A stretch of DNA of 64,000 bases from Lachnospiraceae bacterium (lineage in GTDB: Bacteria > Bacillota > Clostridia > Lachnospirales > Lachnospiraceae). Shown here in pieces: positions 9,369 through 18,531 of this stretch. The notes beneath the pieces were generated by a model. That model saw only the letters and a list, made by a program, of their open reading frames with translations, did not search any database and was not told the DNA's origin. Numbering within the stretch: the stretch's first letter is position 1; each line of letters starts with the position of its first letter. Location of the stretch: assembly GCA_034086685.1 (NCBI GenBank), contig JAXDZY010000028.1, positions 2,057 through 66,056 on the forward strand, given 5' to 3'. Both the position numbers and the translations under genes were made by a program.

Positions 9369-10459
9369 TCAGAACGTTGTCAGAGAATACGTATATCCCC
9401 GTCCTGTAGCATAGGCAGCTGCAAACAAAAGAATATATATAATGGCTGAGGCAGTGCGATAACTGCCTTTCCGGCCAAACAGTTTTTTAACAACCATAGG
9501 AAACAGGATTATAAAAAAATATGCATAGCCTGCCCCAGCTCTTGCAAACATCTCGTTTCCTGTTGTCATAATCGCAAACATGGCACCCACAGAACAGATC
9601 ATCAAATTAAAATAATAATTATCATCCAATTGTGCTTTCTGAAGATAAATGATTCCAAGTCCAATTAACACAATCAGCAAATAAATATATGCCATCAAAC
9701 CTGATGAATCTGCAGCAGCCATGTGATAACTGTCAATATATCTGCTGTAATTCATAAGCATAAGAATTTTATTTAATACTCCCGGAATACTGATAACTAT
9801 ACCTAACAAAAGGAGTACTGATTCAAAAACCAGAAGCTTTTGTTTTTTATTTTGTCAATAAATATAATCGGAATCATGACTATAGATGCCCTGTGAATCA
9901 ATAGAGATGCAGCACATAACCCTGAAGCCTGGAAACGCTTCTTTTTTCTGAACATGGTAAGTGCTGACAATACCAGTCCGATTGCCAGATACTGTCTCAT
10001 AATGTTAAAAGTACTTGTGAAACAAAGTGCTGTAAAAAACATTACGCTCATTATCACATCTTCACTGTTTTCCTTCAGATACTTCAAAAAACAGCCATAT
10101 ATTATAATGGAGTGAACCATAAAAAAAATTACAGTATTATCCGTAAACATACTTATAATTTTAATGAACACCAGATATCCGATTTCAATTGTTGAAGCGA
10201 TTGATTTTACCGATTCGAATGATTCTCCGTCAGCAAATTTATTAAATAATACCGCATAGGAATAAGTATCTGCACCAACTTCACTGGAGCGAAAGCTTGC
10301 AACTAATACAAAAAGCACAAAAGCAAACACCAGAAAAGCATTCCATCCCTGCACGCGCTTTTTTCTTCTAAAATCATTTTCCCGTTCAAATACCAGCCGA
10401 ACCCGACATAAATACAAACCCGCCAGAAGAACGATCACATATAGAAACAGATAGAACAT
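9369..10459 (-). pseudogene. EpsG-family (Wzy-type) polysaccharide polymerase, split into 218-aa and 146-aa ORFs by a 1-nt frame change at a poly-A tract
   Basis: The N-terminal ORF 9803..10459 carries RSSEVGADTYSY, the EpsG hallmark. The C-terminal ORF frame is open upstream to 9854. Adding one A to the A6 run (plus-strand T6 at 9843..9848) reads ...IDKIKKQKLLVFESVLLLLGIVIS... and restores a protein of about 365 aa, the normal EpsG length. Confidence 0.7.
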
Positions 10460-10478
10460 ACATTTTTCTCCTGTAAAT

Positions 10479-11423
10479 TTATCTATGTCCGGTCACTCTT
10501 AAAGCCGGATTATCCTGAACGTTATTCCCCAGTTTATTAACCTGATCTATCTTAATCCCATTTTTCCACAATAAACAGGGTAACGACAACTGATCTCTTT
10601 TCACAGTATGATTTAAGAAATCATCCCACCATTGCTCCATAATTCGGCAGGTTCGTTCATTGCAATGATCTCTCACGATCACATTACATTCCACCATGCC
10701 ATAGTGTTTCGGAAAGCCCTGTTTCTGCAGATACTTACCATAATCATTCAGTGATTGCGATGATGCTTTCCTGATAATCTTACATGCTTCTATCTCATCA
10801 TAAACACAGGTTCGGGCTTTATGGTTATGAAACTGCATTCCACAACGCAGATCCTTATTGATAAATTCCGTTAAATCTGACACTACTTTTATATTCCCAT
10901 CAATATAAACTGATTTCCTGACATCGGGAAAAATCACATGAGGCATCATTTTGCAGAAACGATTTTTCTCCGCATTGGTTAATCCGTCGTAACCGGGAAT
11001 CTGCTCCTTTACATCTATCTTTCTCCATAAAGAACCATCAGGCACATCCTGATCTGTAATGATGTAAAACTCACAATTATCCGGTTTGAACAATGGTTCC
11101 TGAGGAATATCATAATTCCCGAAAATGCAGGTATATACAATAAATTTTTCATCCGAAAAATAATTGCACTCTGTATTATATGAATCCGGATGTCTGATGG
11201 GATATTTTCTGCAGAGTAACTTCCAGCGAAATTTTCCATCTGTATTTTTTATGAATTTTTTCAAGGATTCCAAAGATTTAAATGCATTTATAAAGTCCCT
11301 TAAATAGACTCCCATTTTTAATTCTTTTGAACCTGACAATTGTTTGTACTGCTGATTTTCATTTTTTAATCTCTCCATGAATAAAATAAACTCAGCTTTA
11401 TCTATTGTATTGGAATTAAACAT
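10479..11423 (-). CDS. putative glycosyltransferase (DUF616/TOD1-like, tentative)
   Basis: 314 aa. The FCKMMPHVIFPDVRKSVYIDGNIKV region resembles DUF616 proteins found in glycan loci. The family call comes from memory only. Confidence 0.5.
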   Translation of the reverse strand: MFNSNTIDKAEFILFMERLKNENQQYKQLSGSKELKMGVYLRDFINAFKSLESLKKFIKNTDGKFRWKLLCRKYPIRHPDSYNTECNYFSDEKFIVYTCIFGNYDIPQEPLFKPDNCEFYIITDQDVPDGSLWRKIDVKEQIPGYDGLTNAEKNRFCKMMPHVIFPDVRKSVYIDGNIKVVSDLTEFINKDLRCGMQFHNHKARTCVYDEIEACKIIRKASSQSLNDYGKYLQKQGFPKHYGMVECNVIVRDHCNERTCRIMEQWWDDFLNHTVKRDQLSLPCLLWKNGIKIDQVNKLGNNVQDNPALRVTGHR

Positions 11424-11427
11424 GATA

Positions 11428-12255
11428 TCACCTTTGTTTTTTCATTCGGTATGTTTCGTAATAATAAATATTCGCTCTGGCAAGCTCTTTATTTACTGAA
11501 ATCCCACCCAGCTTCATGCTTCCGTCCTCCTTGTGATTTACCCGTATACACGGCATGTACGTTGTAATCAGACCTTCTCTTTTTGCTTTTATCCCAAGCA
11601 CTGATTCCTCTGCAAACAGAAATATGTTTTCATCATATGGAGCCGTACCCAGCTTCCGGATTGCCCTGCTGGAAAAAATAACAAAACTTCCATGTGCCGC
11701 AAAAATTTTAATTTTGCTGTCCTCTGTGGGTTTCCTGATTCTAAGAAAGATTTCTCTGAGGATTTTATTCATACCGATTCCGGCTAAAATCAGAAGATTG
11801 TTCTGTTTTTTAAAACCTTTGTAGATCAACCATTCGGAAACTCTGTTTTCTCTGATATGCATGGGGTTCTGATGCTTCCCGGAAGCAGCAATTATTTCCG
11901 GTGCTATAATATCGCCTTTCAATTCCCGACAATTCTGAGGAAACTTTCCAATGATAATATCCGGATTGGAAACAACCAGATACCGGAATCTATAATGATC
12001 AGCTGCATATTTAATTCCATGATTATTGCCATAGCTGTAGCCTCGGTTTTCAACATTAATAAAATCACAGTGATATTTATCAGCAACAAATCGTACTTTT
12101 TTTTCTGAATCTTCATCATAGTAGGAATTAACTACGAGAATCCTGTAATTAACGATTGTCTTACTGATACTGACTATCAGTTCATCCAGATCCTGATAAT
12201 TTCTGTACACAAGAACTACAAAAACATAGTCAAATATTTCTTTTTCCATATTCAT
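11428..12255 (-). CDS. glycosyltransferase family 2
   Basis: 275 aa. FVVLVYRNYQDLDELIVSI and YSYGNNHGIKYA are consistent with a GT-A fold GT2. Confidence 0.7.
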   Translation of the reverse strand: MNMEKEIFDYVFVVLVYRNYQDLDELIVSISKTIVNYRILVVNSYYDEDSEKKVRFVADKYHCDFINVENRGYSYGNNHGIKYAADHYRFRYLVVSNPDIIIGKFPQNCRELKGDIIAPEIIAASGKHQNPMHIRENRVSEWLIYKGFKKQNNLLILAGIGMNKILREIFLRIRKPTEDSKIKIFAAHGSFVIFSSRAIRKLGTAPYDENIFLFAEESVLGIKAKREGLITTYMPCIRVNHKEDGSMKLGGISVNKELARANIYYYETYRMKKQR

Positions 12256-12263
12256 GCTTCCTC

Positions 12264-13115
12264 TTATTTATCTCTGACTGTGGAAACAAATTTCATTCCC
12301 ATTTTCTCCAGTATTTTTTTCAATGGATTTCTCATCGATCTGGGCAGCATATACTTTCCCCGCGATATCAGACGGAGCTTATAATACTGCATCCGGCTCA
12401 TAACTTCCCGTTTCACATTCAGATTAATTCCCAGGCGCTGAAAATATTTTATTGTTCCCGGCAGATATTTCCCCTGAATGACTCCATGATGAAGATTTAA
12501 AATATTACGTTCATCAAATACGCATCCGGGATTTGGAATATCCGGTTTCCCTGCTGCTTCTCTCACACGATTAAATTCAAAAGTCCATGCATTGTAATTA
12601 TCCGTACCAAGCAGTTCACTGAGATATTCTTTACTCCAGACAGCCGCCTGCAGACTTACCCCATACTCATCTGACTGTTGGATTACATGCAGAAATCTGT
12701 ATTCTCCATAATGCGGATCCCGATTCTTCACAGCCCGGTTCATATTAACCAGTTTAAAATATCGTATGTTATGCTTCTCAATAAACTCCAGACTGTTTTT
12801 AACTTTTCGTGTATTAATGGTATCCCCCACCAGAAAATCTTCCAGAAGAAGGCAAATATAGGGGGTATGTACTCTTTCTATGGCAATCTGCACTTTTTTG
12901 CTCCACTCAGCATCTGCTCCTGCGTGAATTACATCAATTCCTTCAAAAGCCGCTTCCTTTTCATTATTGACAAATAGAGTCCGATACGGACAGTCAGGCC
13001 AGAATCTGCGGTATAAATCCATACAATCATCCCACAAATCACTGTAACCATCAAAACCTATAAACACAACTGTCATTTTATTATCGTACAGACTGGTCAT
13101 TTCCTTATTCCTCAT
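12264..13115 (-). CDS. uncharacterised polysaccharide-locus protein (possible transferase)
   Basis: 283-aa ORF tightly packed in the operon. An LLEDF acidic motif follows a beta-strand-like segment. No family recognised with confidence. Confidence 0.6.
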   Translation of the reverse strand: MRNKEMTSLYDNKMTVVFIGFDGYSDLWDDCMDLYRRFWPDCPYRTLFVNNEKEAAFEGIDVIHAGADAEWSKKVQIAIERVHTPYICLLLEDFLVGDTINTRKVKNSLEFIEKHNIRYFKLVNMNRAVKNRDPHYGEYRFLHVIQQSDEYGVSLQAAVWSKEYLSELLGTDNYNAWTFEFNRVREAAGKPDIPNPGCVFDERNILNLHHGVIQGKYLPGTIKYFQRLGINLNVKREVMSRMQYYKLRLISRGKYMLPRSMRNPLKKILEKMGMKFVSTVRDK

Positions 13116-13152
13116 TCTTTTTCATATTTTCCAGCAAATTCATCATTTTGAA

Positions 13153-13920
13153 TCAGCTTTTCCTTCTGTCCAAACCTATGCCAGTTCCCTTAACAAAAGC
13201 CCAGCATCCGATCTCAAACACACTCCTCATAGTATTATGTTTTTCGATCTCATGATAAAGCTGCCAATGATATTTGATCTGAGCCAGCTTATTACTGCTG
13301 ACGCTTCCGCTTCTCCCCAGACGATATGTTCCCAGCACTTCTTCCATGCCGTAACAGTACTCTGTTTTTTTCAGTATCTGAAGCCATAAAGCAAAATCAT
13401 TTCTTTTTTTTATTTCAGGTACCTCAAATTTCCCCAGTATCTCCTGATCATAAATCACCGTCAGATTTCCCAACGGATTGGAAAGCCTGATACATTTACG
13501 ATAATCCGTTTTAGCCGGTGGAACACAGATCATATGAAGGTCATTACCATTTTCATCCATCAAAGCATAGGCAGCTGCCGAAAAACCTGCTCCTGATTCC
13601 TTCATAAATGCAATCTGTTTTTCCAGCTTCTGAGGAGCCCACAAATCATCACTGTCCAGAAAGGCTATATATTTTCCAGAGGCTCTTTTTATGCACTCGG
13701 TTCTGGCCACAGCCGGCCCGCTGTTTTTCTGCAGACGATGATAGTGAATGTTGGTATACATTTCCAGATATGGTTTCAACACCTCTTTTGTATCATCTGT
13801 ACTGCAGTCATCTACAATCTGAATTTCCCAATCCGTAACCGTCTGGGCAATTACGGATTGAATGGACTGCTCAATGTATTTACCGCAGTTATAGGTTGGC
13901 ATAATTACACTTACTAACAT
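13153..13920 (-). CDS. glycosyltransferase family 2
   Basis: 255 aa. MLVSVIMPTYNCGKYIEQSIQSVIAQTVTDWEIQIVDDCSTDDT and FLDSDD are canonical GT2 motifs. Contains an in-frame A8 tract. Confidence 0.9.
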   Translation of the reverse strand: MLVSVIMPTYNCGKYIEQSIQSVIAQTVTDWEIQIVDDCSTDDTKEVLKPYLEMYTNIHYHRLQKNSGPAVARTECIKRASGKYIAFLDSDDLWAPQKLEKQIAFMKESGAGFSAAAYALMDENGNDLHMICVPPAKTDYRKCIRLSNPLGNLTVIYDQEILGKFEVPEIKKRNDFALWLQILKKTEYCYGMEEVLGTYRLGRSGSVSSNKLAQIKYHWQLYHEIEKHNTMRSVFEIGCWAFVKGTGIGLDRRKS

Positions 13921-13935
13921 GGCTCCAAAGCTCCC

Positions 13936-15342
13936 TCAGCCCGATTTCTGTTGATTTCCAACAGCTGCCGCTGCCGCTTCCTGACCGGCAATCTCCATTG
14001 CCGTAATCATTCCTTCCGAAATACCTTCTGTACTTTCCGGCTCAAACAGAATTTTTATTGTTGCAAAACAGATTCTCAGATCTTCCAGAAAGTTAGGATG
14101 AGCAATATACATCAAATCCATCTGTAATTTATCATAAGGTGTTGTGTTATACTTTCCATAAACCTGAGCATAGCCGGTCAGACCTGCTTTTGCCTGAAGC
14201 CTTAAAGCAAATTCCGGCATTTCCTTTTCGTATTGTTCTGCAATTTCAGGTCTTTCCGGTCTTGGTCCCACAATACTCATATCCCCTTTCAGAATATTAA
14301 ACAGCTGCGGCAATTCATCAATTCTGATTTTCCGGATTACTTTTCCGACCGGTGTAATTCTGCTGTCATTTTCTCCCGTACTCAACCTGGCTATACCGTC
14401 TTTTTCTGCATCCACATACATACTGCGAAATTTCATAACATAAAATTTTTTACCATTTTTAGTCAGGCGGCATTGTTTATAGAACACCGGCCCATGATCC
14501 ACTGCCTTTATCGCCGCTGCCGTTATCAGCATGACAGGAGATACCAGAATCAAAGCACACAGGGAAACAATAATATCAAAAACTCTTTTGACAAAGATAT
14601 ACTCAATATTGGGACTGTATCGATCCACCCGAAGTATGGGTAAATGAAACATATGCATTTTTTTTGCACCGCTCATAATGACATCACCTACCCGTGGAAT
14701 CACATAAACACTGATAGCATGATACATGCAGTGTTTAAGAATAATATTCCTGTCATGGCTGTGCACACCACTGATAAACACAACTTCACAGTCGTTCAGA
14801 GAATCAAGATCTTCTATACACTCTTTTACATACTGTGTCTTAACTACATTAAATTTCACATCCATTCCATATTCATCTACCAGCTTTTCCAGCCCTTCCC
14901 GAACATCATAAACAACTGCTGTTCTTCTGGGCATAAAGGTACTGAAATACCAACGATGTGACAAGAAAGACCAGCATATTGAGATTAGTAACTGACAGAT
15001 AAATGTCATCATAAGTGGTAATATATTCGGAGCGTCTAATGTAAGCAGACAGATAATAACATACATTATGGCATCTGAAATGACTGCTGCAAGAGACTGA
15101 CTATAAATCATTTCGGAAATTCTGAAATGAGAGATCTGAAATGCTTCATATACTCTGCCAAGTAAAAAATACAAAATCGTAAATATCAGAATGATTAAAT
15201 AATTTCCTTTATTATAATACTGAACAAAAGCCCTGTCTGAATAATACATATACCAGGACCCGGCAAATATTACTGTCATCAATAACAAATTCAACAATTT
15301 AACAACACGCAATGGCAGATCGTGTTTTCTTATCCTACTCAT
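13936..15342 (-). CDS. polyprenyl-phosphate sugar phosphotransferase (priming enzyme, WbaP/EpsL-like, Bac_transf domain)
   Basis: 468 aa. KRVFDIIVSLCALILVSPVMLI...FYKQCRLTKNGKKFYVMKFRSM...IDELPQLFNILKGDMSIVGPRPERPE. First gene of the operon, with RBS AAGAGGA. Confidence 0.9.
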   Translation of the reverse strand: MSRIRKHDLPLRVVKLLNLLLMTVIFAGSWYMYYSDRAFVQYYNKGNYLIILIFTILYFLLGRVYEAFQISHFRISEMIYSQSLAAVISDAIMYVIICLLTLDAPNILPLMMTFICQLLISICWSFLSHRWYFSTFMPRRTAVVYDVREGLEKLVDEYGMDVKFNVVKTQYVKECIEDLDSLNDCEVVFISGVHSHDRNIILKHCMYHAISVYVIPRVGDVIMSGAKKMHMFHLPILRVDRYSPNIEYIFVKRVFDIIVSLCALILVSPVMLITAAAIKAVDHGPVFYKQCRLTKNGKKFYVMKFRSMYVDAEKDGIARLSTGENDSRITPVGKVIRKIRIDELPQLFNILKGDMSIVGPRPERPEIAEQYEKEMPEFALRLQAKAGLTGYAQVYGKYNTTPYDKLQMDLMYIAHPNFLEDLRICFATIKILFEPESTEGISEGMITAMEIAGQEAAAAAVGNQQKSG

Positions 15343-15457
15343 CTGTATCCTCTTTCTTTTTGCATTTCTTCTCTATTTATTGATCATCTTAAGCTCTTCC
15401 GCTATGAATTTATAATAATAATCAATGCTTATTATTCTATACTATTAATTTAAAATA

Positions 15458-15487
15458 ATTATATAGATTATTCTGTTTTGTGTCAAT
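15458..15487 (-). promoter_or_regulatory. sigma-A type promoter of the polysaccharide operon
   Basis: Minus strand reads TTGACA (15487..15482), an 18-nt spacer, then TATAAT (15463..15458). It lies about 115 nt upstream of ATG 15342. Confidence 0.6.
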
Positions 15488-15525
15488 TACTATCAGTAAT
15501 ATTTTATAATTACTGATAGTAATTT
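15486..15525. promoter_or_regulatory. perfect 16-bp inverted repeat (AATTACTATCAGTAAT-N8-ATTACTGATAGTAATT) abutting the -35 box; candidate regulator binding site
   Basis: Read directly. Arms are 15486..15501 and 15510..15525. The last two bases overlap TTGACA. Confidence 0.55.
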
Positions 15526-15573
15526 GTATTCACCCTTTTTGGGCAACTGTTTTATTTCTCAACATGAGCAACT

Positions 15574-15619
15574 AAAAAAACTGCAGAAAACGAAAAGAAT
15601 TTATTTCGCTTTCTGCAGT
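15574..15619 (-). terminator. rho-independent terminator of the ABC importer operon
   Basis: 13-bp stem 15581..15593 / 15607..15619 with one mismatch, followed on the minus strand by T7 (plus-strand A7 at 15574..15580). It lies 50 nt after the stop at 15669. Confidence 0.7.
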
Positions 15620-15668
15620 CTTAATATTTTTATTAAAACAGTCAATATGAATCCATTTTTACTTTCGG

Positions 15669-16442
15669 TTAATTCCCGCACTCAATGCTGATCTCATTGA
15701 ACATGGTCAGGATCTCTTCCGTGTCCATGGATGCTTTTTCCTTACCTTTTTTATCCAGCACCACATTGCCCTGATGCATCATCAGAAGGCGGTTTCCATA
15801 TTCCACCGCATAGCGCAGGTTGTGGGTGACCATGATGGTGGTGACCTGTTTTTCCTTTACCACTTTATCTGTCAGTTCCATGACAATCTCTGCTGTTTTC
15901 GGGTCAAGCGCTGCTGTATGTTCATCCAGAATCAGCAGTTCGATGGGCGTCATGGTGGCCATGAGAAGTGCCAGTGTCTGGCGCTGGCCGCCGGAAAGAG
16001 CGCCGACTTTTGTATAAAGCTTATCTTCAAGACCCAGATTCAGCCCGTGAAGCAGTTCCTTATAGTAATCAATTTTATGCTTTTTCAGCCCTCGCTTCAG
16101 ATTGTAGGGTTTGCCTTTATTATCGGCGATGGAAAGATTTTCCAGTATCGTCATGGAGGGACAGGTTCCTTTGGCGGGATCCTGATATACACGGCCGATT
16201 TTTCGTGTACGGATAAAATCCTTCTGTTTTGTCAGATCATCTCCGTTGAAAAGTATTTTTCCGCTGTCCAGATCAATACTTCCGCAGATCAGATTCAGCA
16301 TGGATGTTTTTCCGGAACCGTTGCTTCCCACCACAGACACAAATTCCCGGTCGGAAACAGTCAGATTGAAATCCTTAAACAGGCAGAGTTCATTCACTGT
16401 ACCCGGATTATAGTATTTATTAATATGCTGTAACTCAAGCAT
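15669..16442 (-). CDS. ABC transporter ATP-binding protein (COG1101-like)
   Basis: 257 aa. Walker A GSNGSGKTS, signature LSGGQRQ, Walker B LLILDEHT. Confidence 0.9.
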   Translation of the reverse strand: MLELQHINKYYNPGTVNELCLFKDFNLTVSDREFVSVVGSNGSGKTSMLNLICGSIDLDSGKILFNGDDLTKQKDFIRTRKIGRVYQDPAKGTCPSMTILENLSIADNKGKPYNLKRGLKKHKIDYYKELLHGLNLGLEDKLYTKVGALSGGQRQTLALLMATMTPIELLILDEHTAALDPKTAEIVMELTDKVVKEKQVTTIMVTHNLRYAVEYGNRLLMMHQGNVVLDKKGKEKASMDTEEILTMFNEISIECGN

Positions 16443-17313
16443 TTGATTTCACCTTCCTTTTCCGTTCCCGTCCCAGGACCAGAATAATCAGGAATAATAC
16501 AGCTGTAACCAGCTTCAGATCCTGAGAATCCATATAGCGGATTGCAACGGCGACACATGCCTTGTAAATAAGAGAACCGATAATAACCGATGATGTGGCC
16601 CGCAAAAATGAAGCATTTTTAAACAGGCTGGTACCGATAATTACGCTGGCAAGACCGATAACAACAGTACCGGTACCCATTGATATGTCAAAATATCTCT
16701 GCTGCTGGGCAAAGATGCATCCTGACATGCACACCATACCGTTGGCAAGTGCCAGTCCCAGTATCTTGACACGTCCCTGATCAATACCCATGGCTGTTAC
16801 AATTGTCTCATTATCTCCTACAGCCCGCAGTAAAAATCCGGATCGTGTGCGCAGATACCAGTCCAGAATATATTTCACAAGCAGAGTAAACACCAGAATG
16901 ATCACCAGATTATGATAAGGACTCAGTACTTCCGGAAGCGCTGCCGTCAATTTGTTTTCAAAAATCGTCACCTTATTATAAATAGGAAGATTTGCTCTTC
17001 CGGCAATCCTCAGATTCACACTGTACAGGCCTGTAAACATGATGATACCGGCCAGCAGGTCACGGACTCCCATTTTCACATGAATAACACCTGTACAGAT
17101 TCCCACCAGAACACCTGCCGCAAAACAGATGGGGAGGGTAATCAGCGGATTGATATCCTTACTGATCATGACCGCCGCAATGGCTGCTCCCATGGGGAAA
17201 CTGCCGTCCACAGTCATGTCGGGAAAGTCCAGAATTTTATAAGTGATATATACCCCCATTGCCATAATGGAATATATCAGTCCCTGTTCCAAAACACTTA
17301 ATACTAAAGTCAC
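16435..17313 (-). CDS. ABC transporter permease (COG4120-like)
   Basis: 292 aa polytopic protein with an 8-nt overlap with the ATPase gene. Confidence 0.85.
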   Translation of the reverse strand: MTLVLSVLEQGLIYSIMAMGVYITYKILDFPDMTVDGSFPMGAAIAAVMISKDINPLITLPICFAAGVLVGICTGVIHVKMGVRDLLAGIIMFTGLYSVNLRIAGRANLPIYNKVTIFENKLTAALPEVLSPYHNLVIILVFTLLVKYILDWYLRTRSGFLLRAVGDNETIVTAMGIDQGRVKILGLALANGMVCMSGCIFAQQQRYFDISMGTGTVVIGLASVIIGTSLFKNASFLRATSSVIIGSLIYKACVAVAIRYMDSQDLKLVTAVLFLIILVLGRERKRKVKSNA

Positions 17314-17369
17314 AATGACACCTCTTATGAGTGATTTTATTCTACAGTAAAGTTTATTTTTCTGTGAGT

Positions 17370-18452
17370 TTATTCTACAACAATTTCGTCAAAGGTTTCT
17401 ACTGCATCACTGATATATGCTTCATCCAGCTTCATGCCGATCTTATCTGCTGCTGCTGTGTTAACATACAGCTGTGCTGCTTCGGCTGCGGCAAATTTCA
17501 TGTCAGATGCTTTTGTCTCGCCTTTCAGAATACCTGCTGCCATCTGGCCTGTAACCTTGCCAAGTTCCACATAATCAATACCCATGGAAGCTACGCAGCC
17601 GCTCTTAACCTGCTCGATCTCACTGCCGAATACGGGAATTCCTGCTGTATTTGCCTGTGCAAGTACAACCTGCAGTGCCTGAACTACAGTATTGTCAGTC
17701 AGATTGCAGATGCAGTCAACCTTGGTAACCAGATCGGTGGCTGCCAGTTCAACTTCGCTTACTGTATTGATACCTGATTCAACAATCTCAAATCCGTATT
17801 CTCCGGCCAGTTCCTTGTATGTTTCAATTGTGCTGACAGAGTTTGCCTCACTGGTGGTGTACAGGATACCGATTTTCTTTGCATCGGGCATCATGGTACG
17901 GATCATCTTCAGCTGTTCGGATACAGGAAGTACATCGGATGTACCTGTCACATTGCCTGTGGAAGTTCCGTCTTCATTGGCCAGGCCTGCCGCAACCGGA
18001 TCAGAGATTGCAGTGTACACAACCGGTATGTCCGTATCCATACATGCATTATATGCTGCTGCTGCTGCAGGTGTTGCAATGGCACATACCATATCCACTT
18101 TCTGAGATACAAAACTGTCTGCGATGGTGGCTGCCGTACCGGTATCAGCCTGTGCGTTCTTATATTCCACTGTCAGATTCTCACCTTCCACGATTCCGTT
18201 GTCGGCCAGACCTGCCAGAAAACCTTCACGGCAGTTATCCAGAGAACCGTGCTCCGCAAACTGCGAAATGCCGATCGTGTAGGAGTCACCTGCTGCGGAT
18301 GCATCACTGCTTCCCTGTGTCTGGCCGGCTTCTGTTGTTCCTGCTGCGGCTGTGGTGCCGCCGGAAGAACTGTCAGAGCTGCTTCCACATCCTGTCATTA
18401 AAGACACTGCCATCATTGCGCTTAACATTAATGCTGCCATTTTTCTTTTCAT
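17370..18452 (-). CDS. ABC transporter substrate-binding lipoprotein (COG2984-like); candidate tryptophan-related importer (TrpX-like)
   Basis: Lipobox LMTGCGSS. The start at 18452 is preferred over 18467 because GGAGGA lies 8 nt upstream. The Trp T-box leader upstream gives the substrate inference. Confidence 0.8.
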   Translation of the reverse strand: MKRKMAALMLSAMMAVSLMTGCGSSSDSSSGGTTAAAGTTEAGQTQGSSDASAAGDSYTIGISQFAEHGSLDNCREGFLAGLADNGIVEGENLTVEYKNAQADTGTAATIADSFVSQKVDMVCAIATPAAAAAYNACMDTDIPVVYTAISDPVAAGLANEDGTSTGNVTGTSDVLPVSEQLKMIRTMMPDAKKIGILYTTSEANSVSTIETYKELAGEYGFEIVESGINTVSEVELAATDLVTKVDCICNLTDNTVVQALQVVLAQANTAGIPVFGSEIEQVKSGCVASMGIDYVELGKVTGQMAAGILKGETKASDMKFAAAEAAQLYVNTAAADKIGMKLDEAYISDAVETFDEIVVE

Positions 18453-18531
18453 AACTGTTTCCTCCATTCAATTCCTGTGTTCTAAACTGTGAAGCTGTAT
18501 GAGAATTCTGAATCTCTCCTGCTTCAACAAC

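Noticed and set aside
9369-9809. 146-aa ORF as an independent gene starting at TTG 9809
   Set aside because: Its frame is open 45 nt further upstream. It lacks an RBS, and it continues the EpsG family sequence of the preceding ORF after a 1-nt shift. It is treated as one disrupted gene.
15774-16433. 219-aa ORF antisense to the ABC ATPase gene
   Set aside because: The minus frame carries Walker A, signature and Walker B motifs. The antisense ORF is a compositional artefact.
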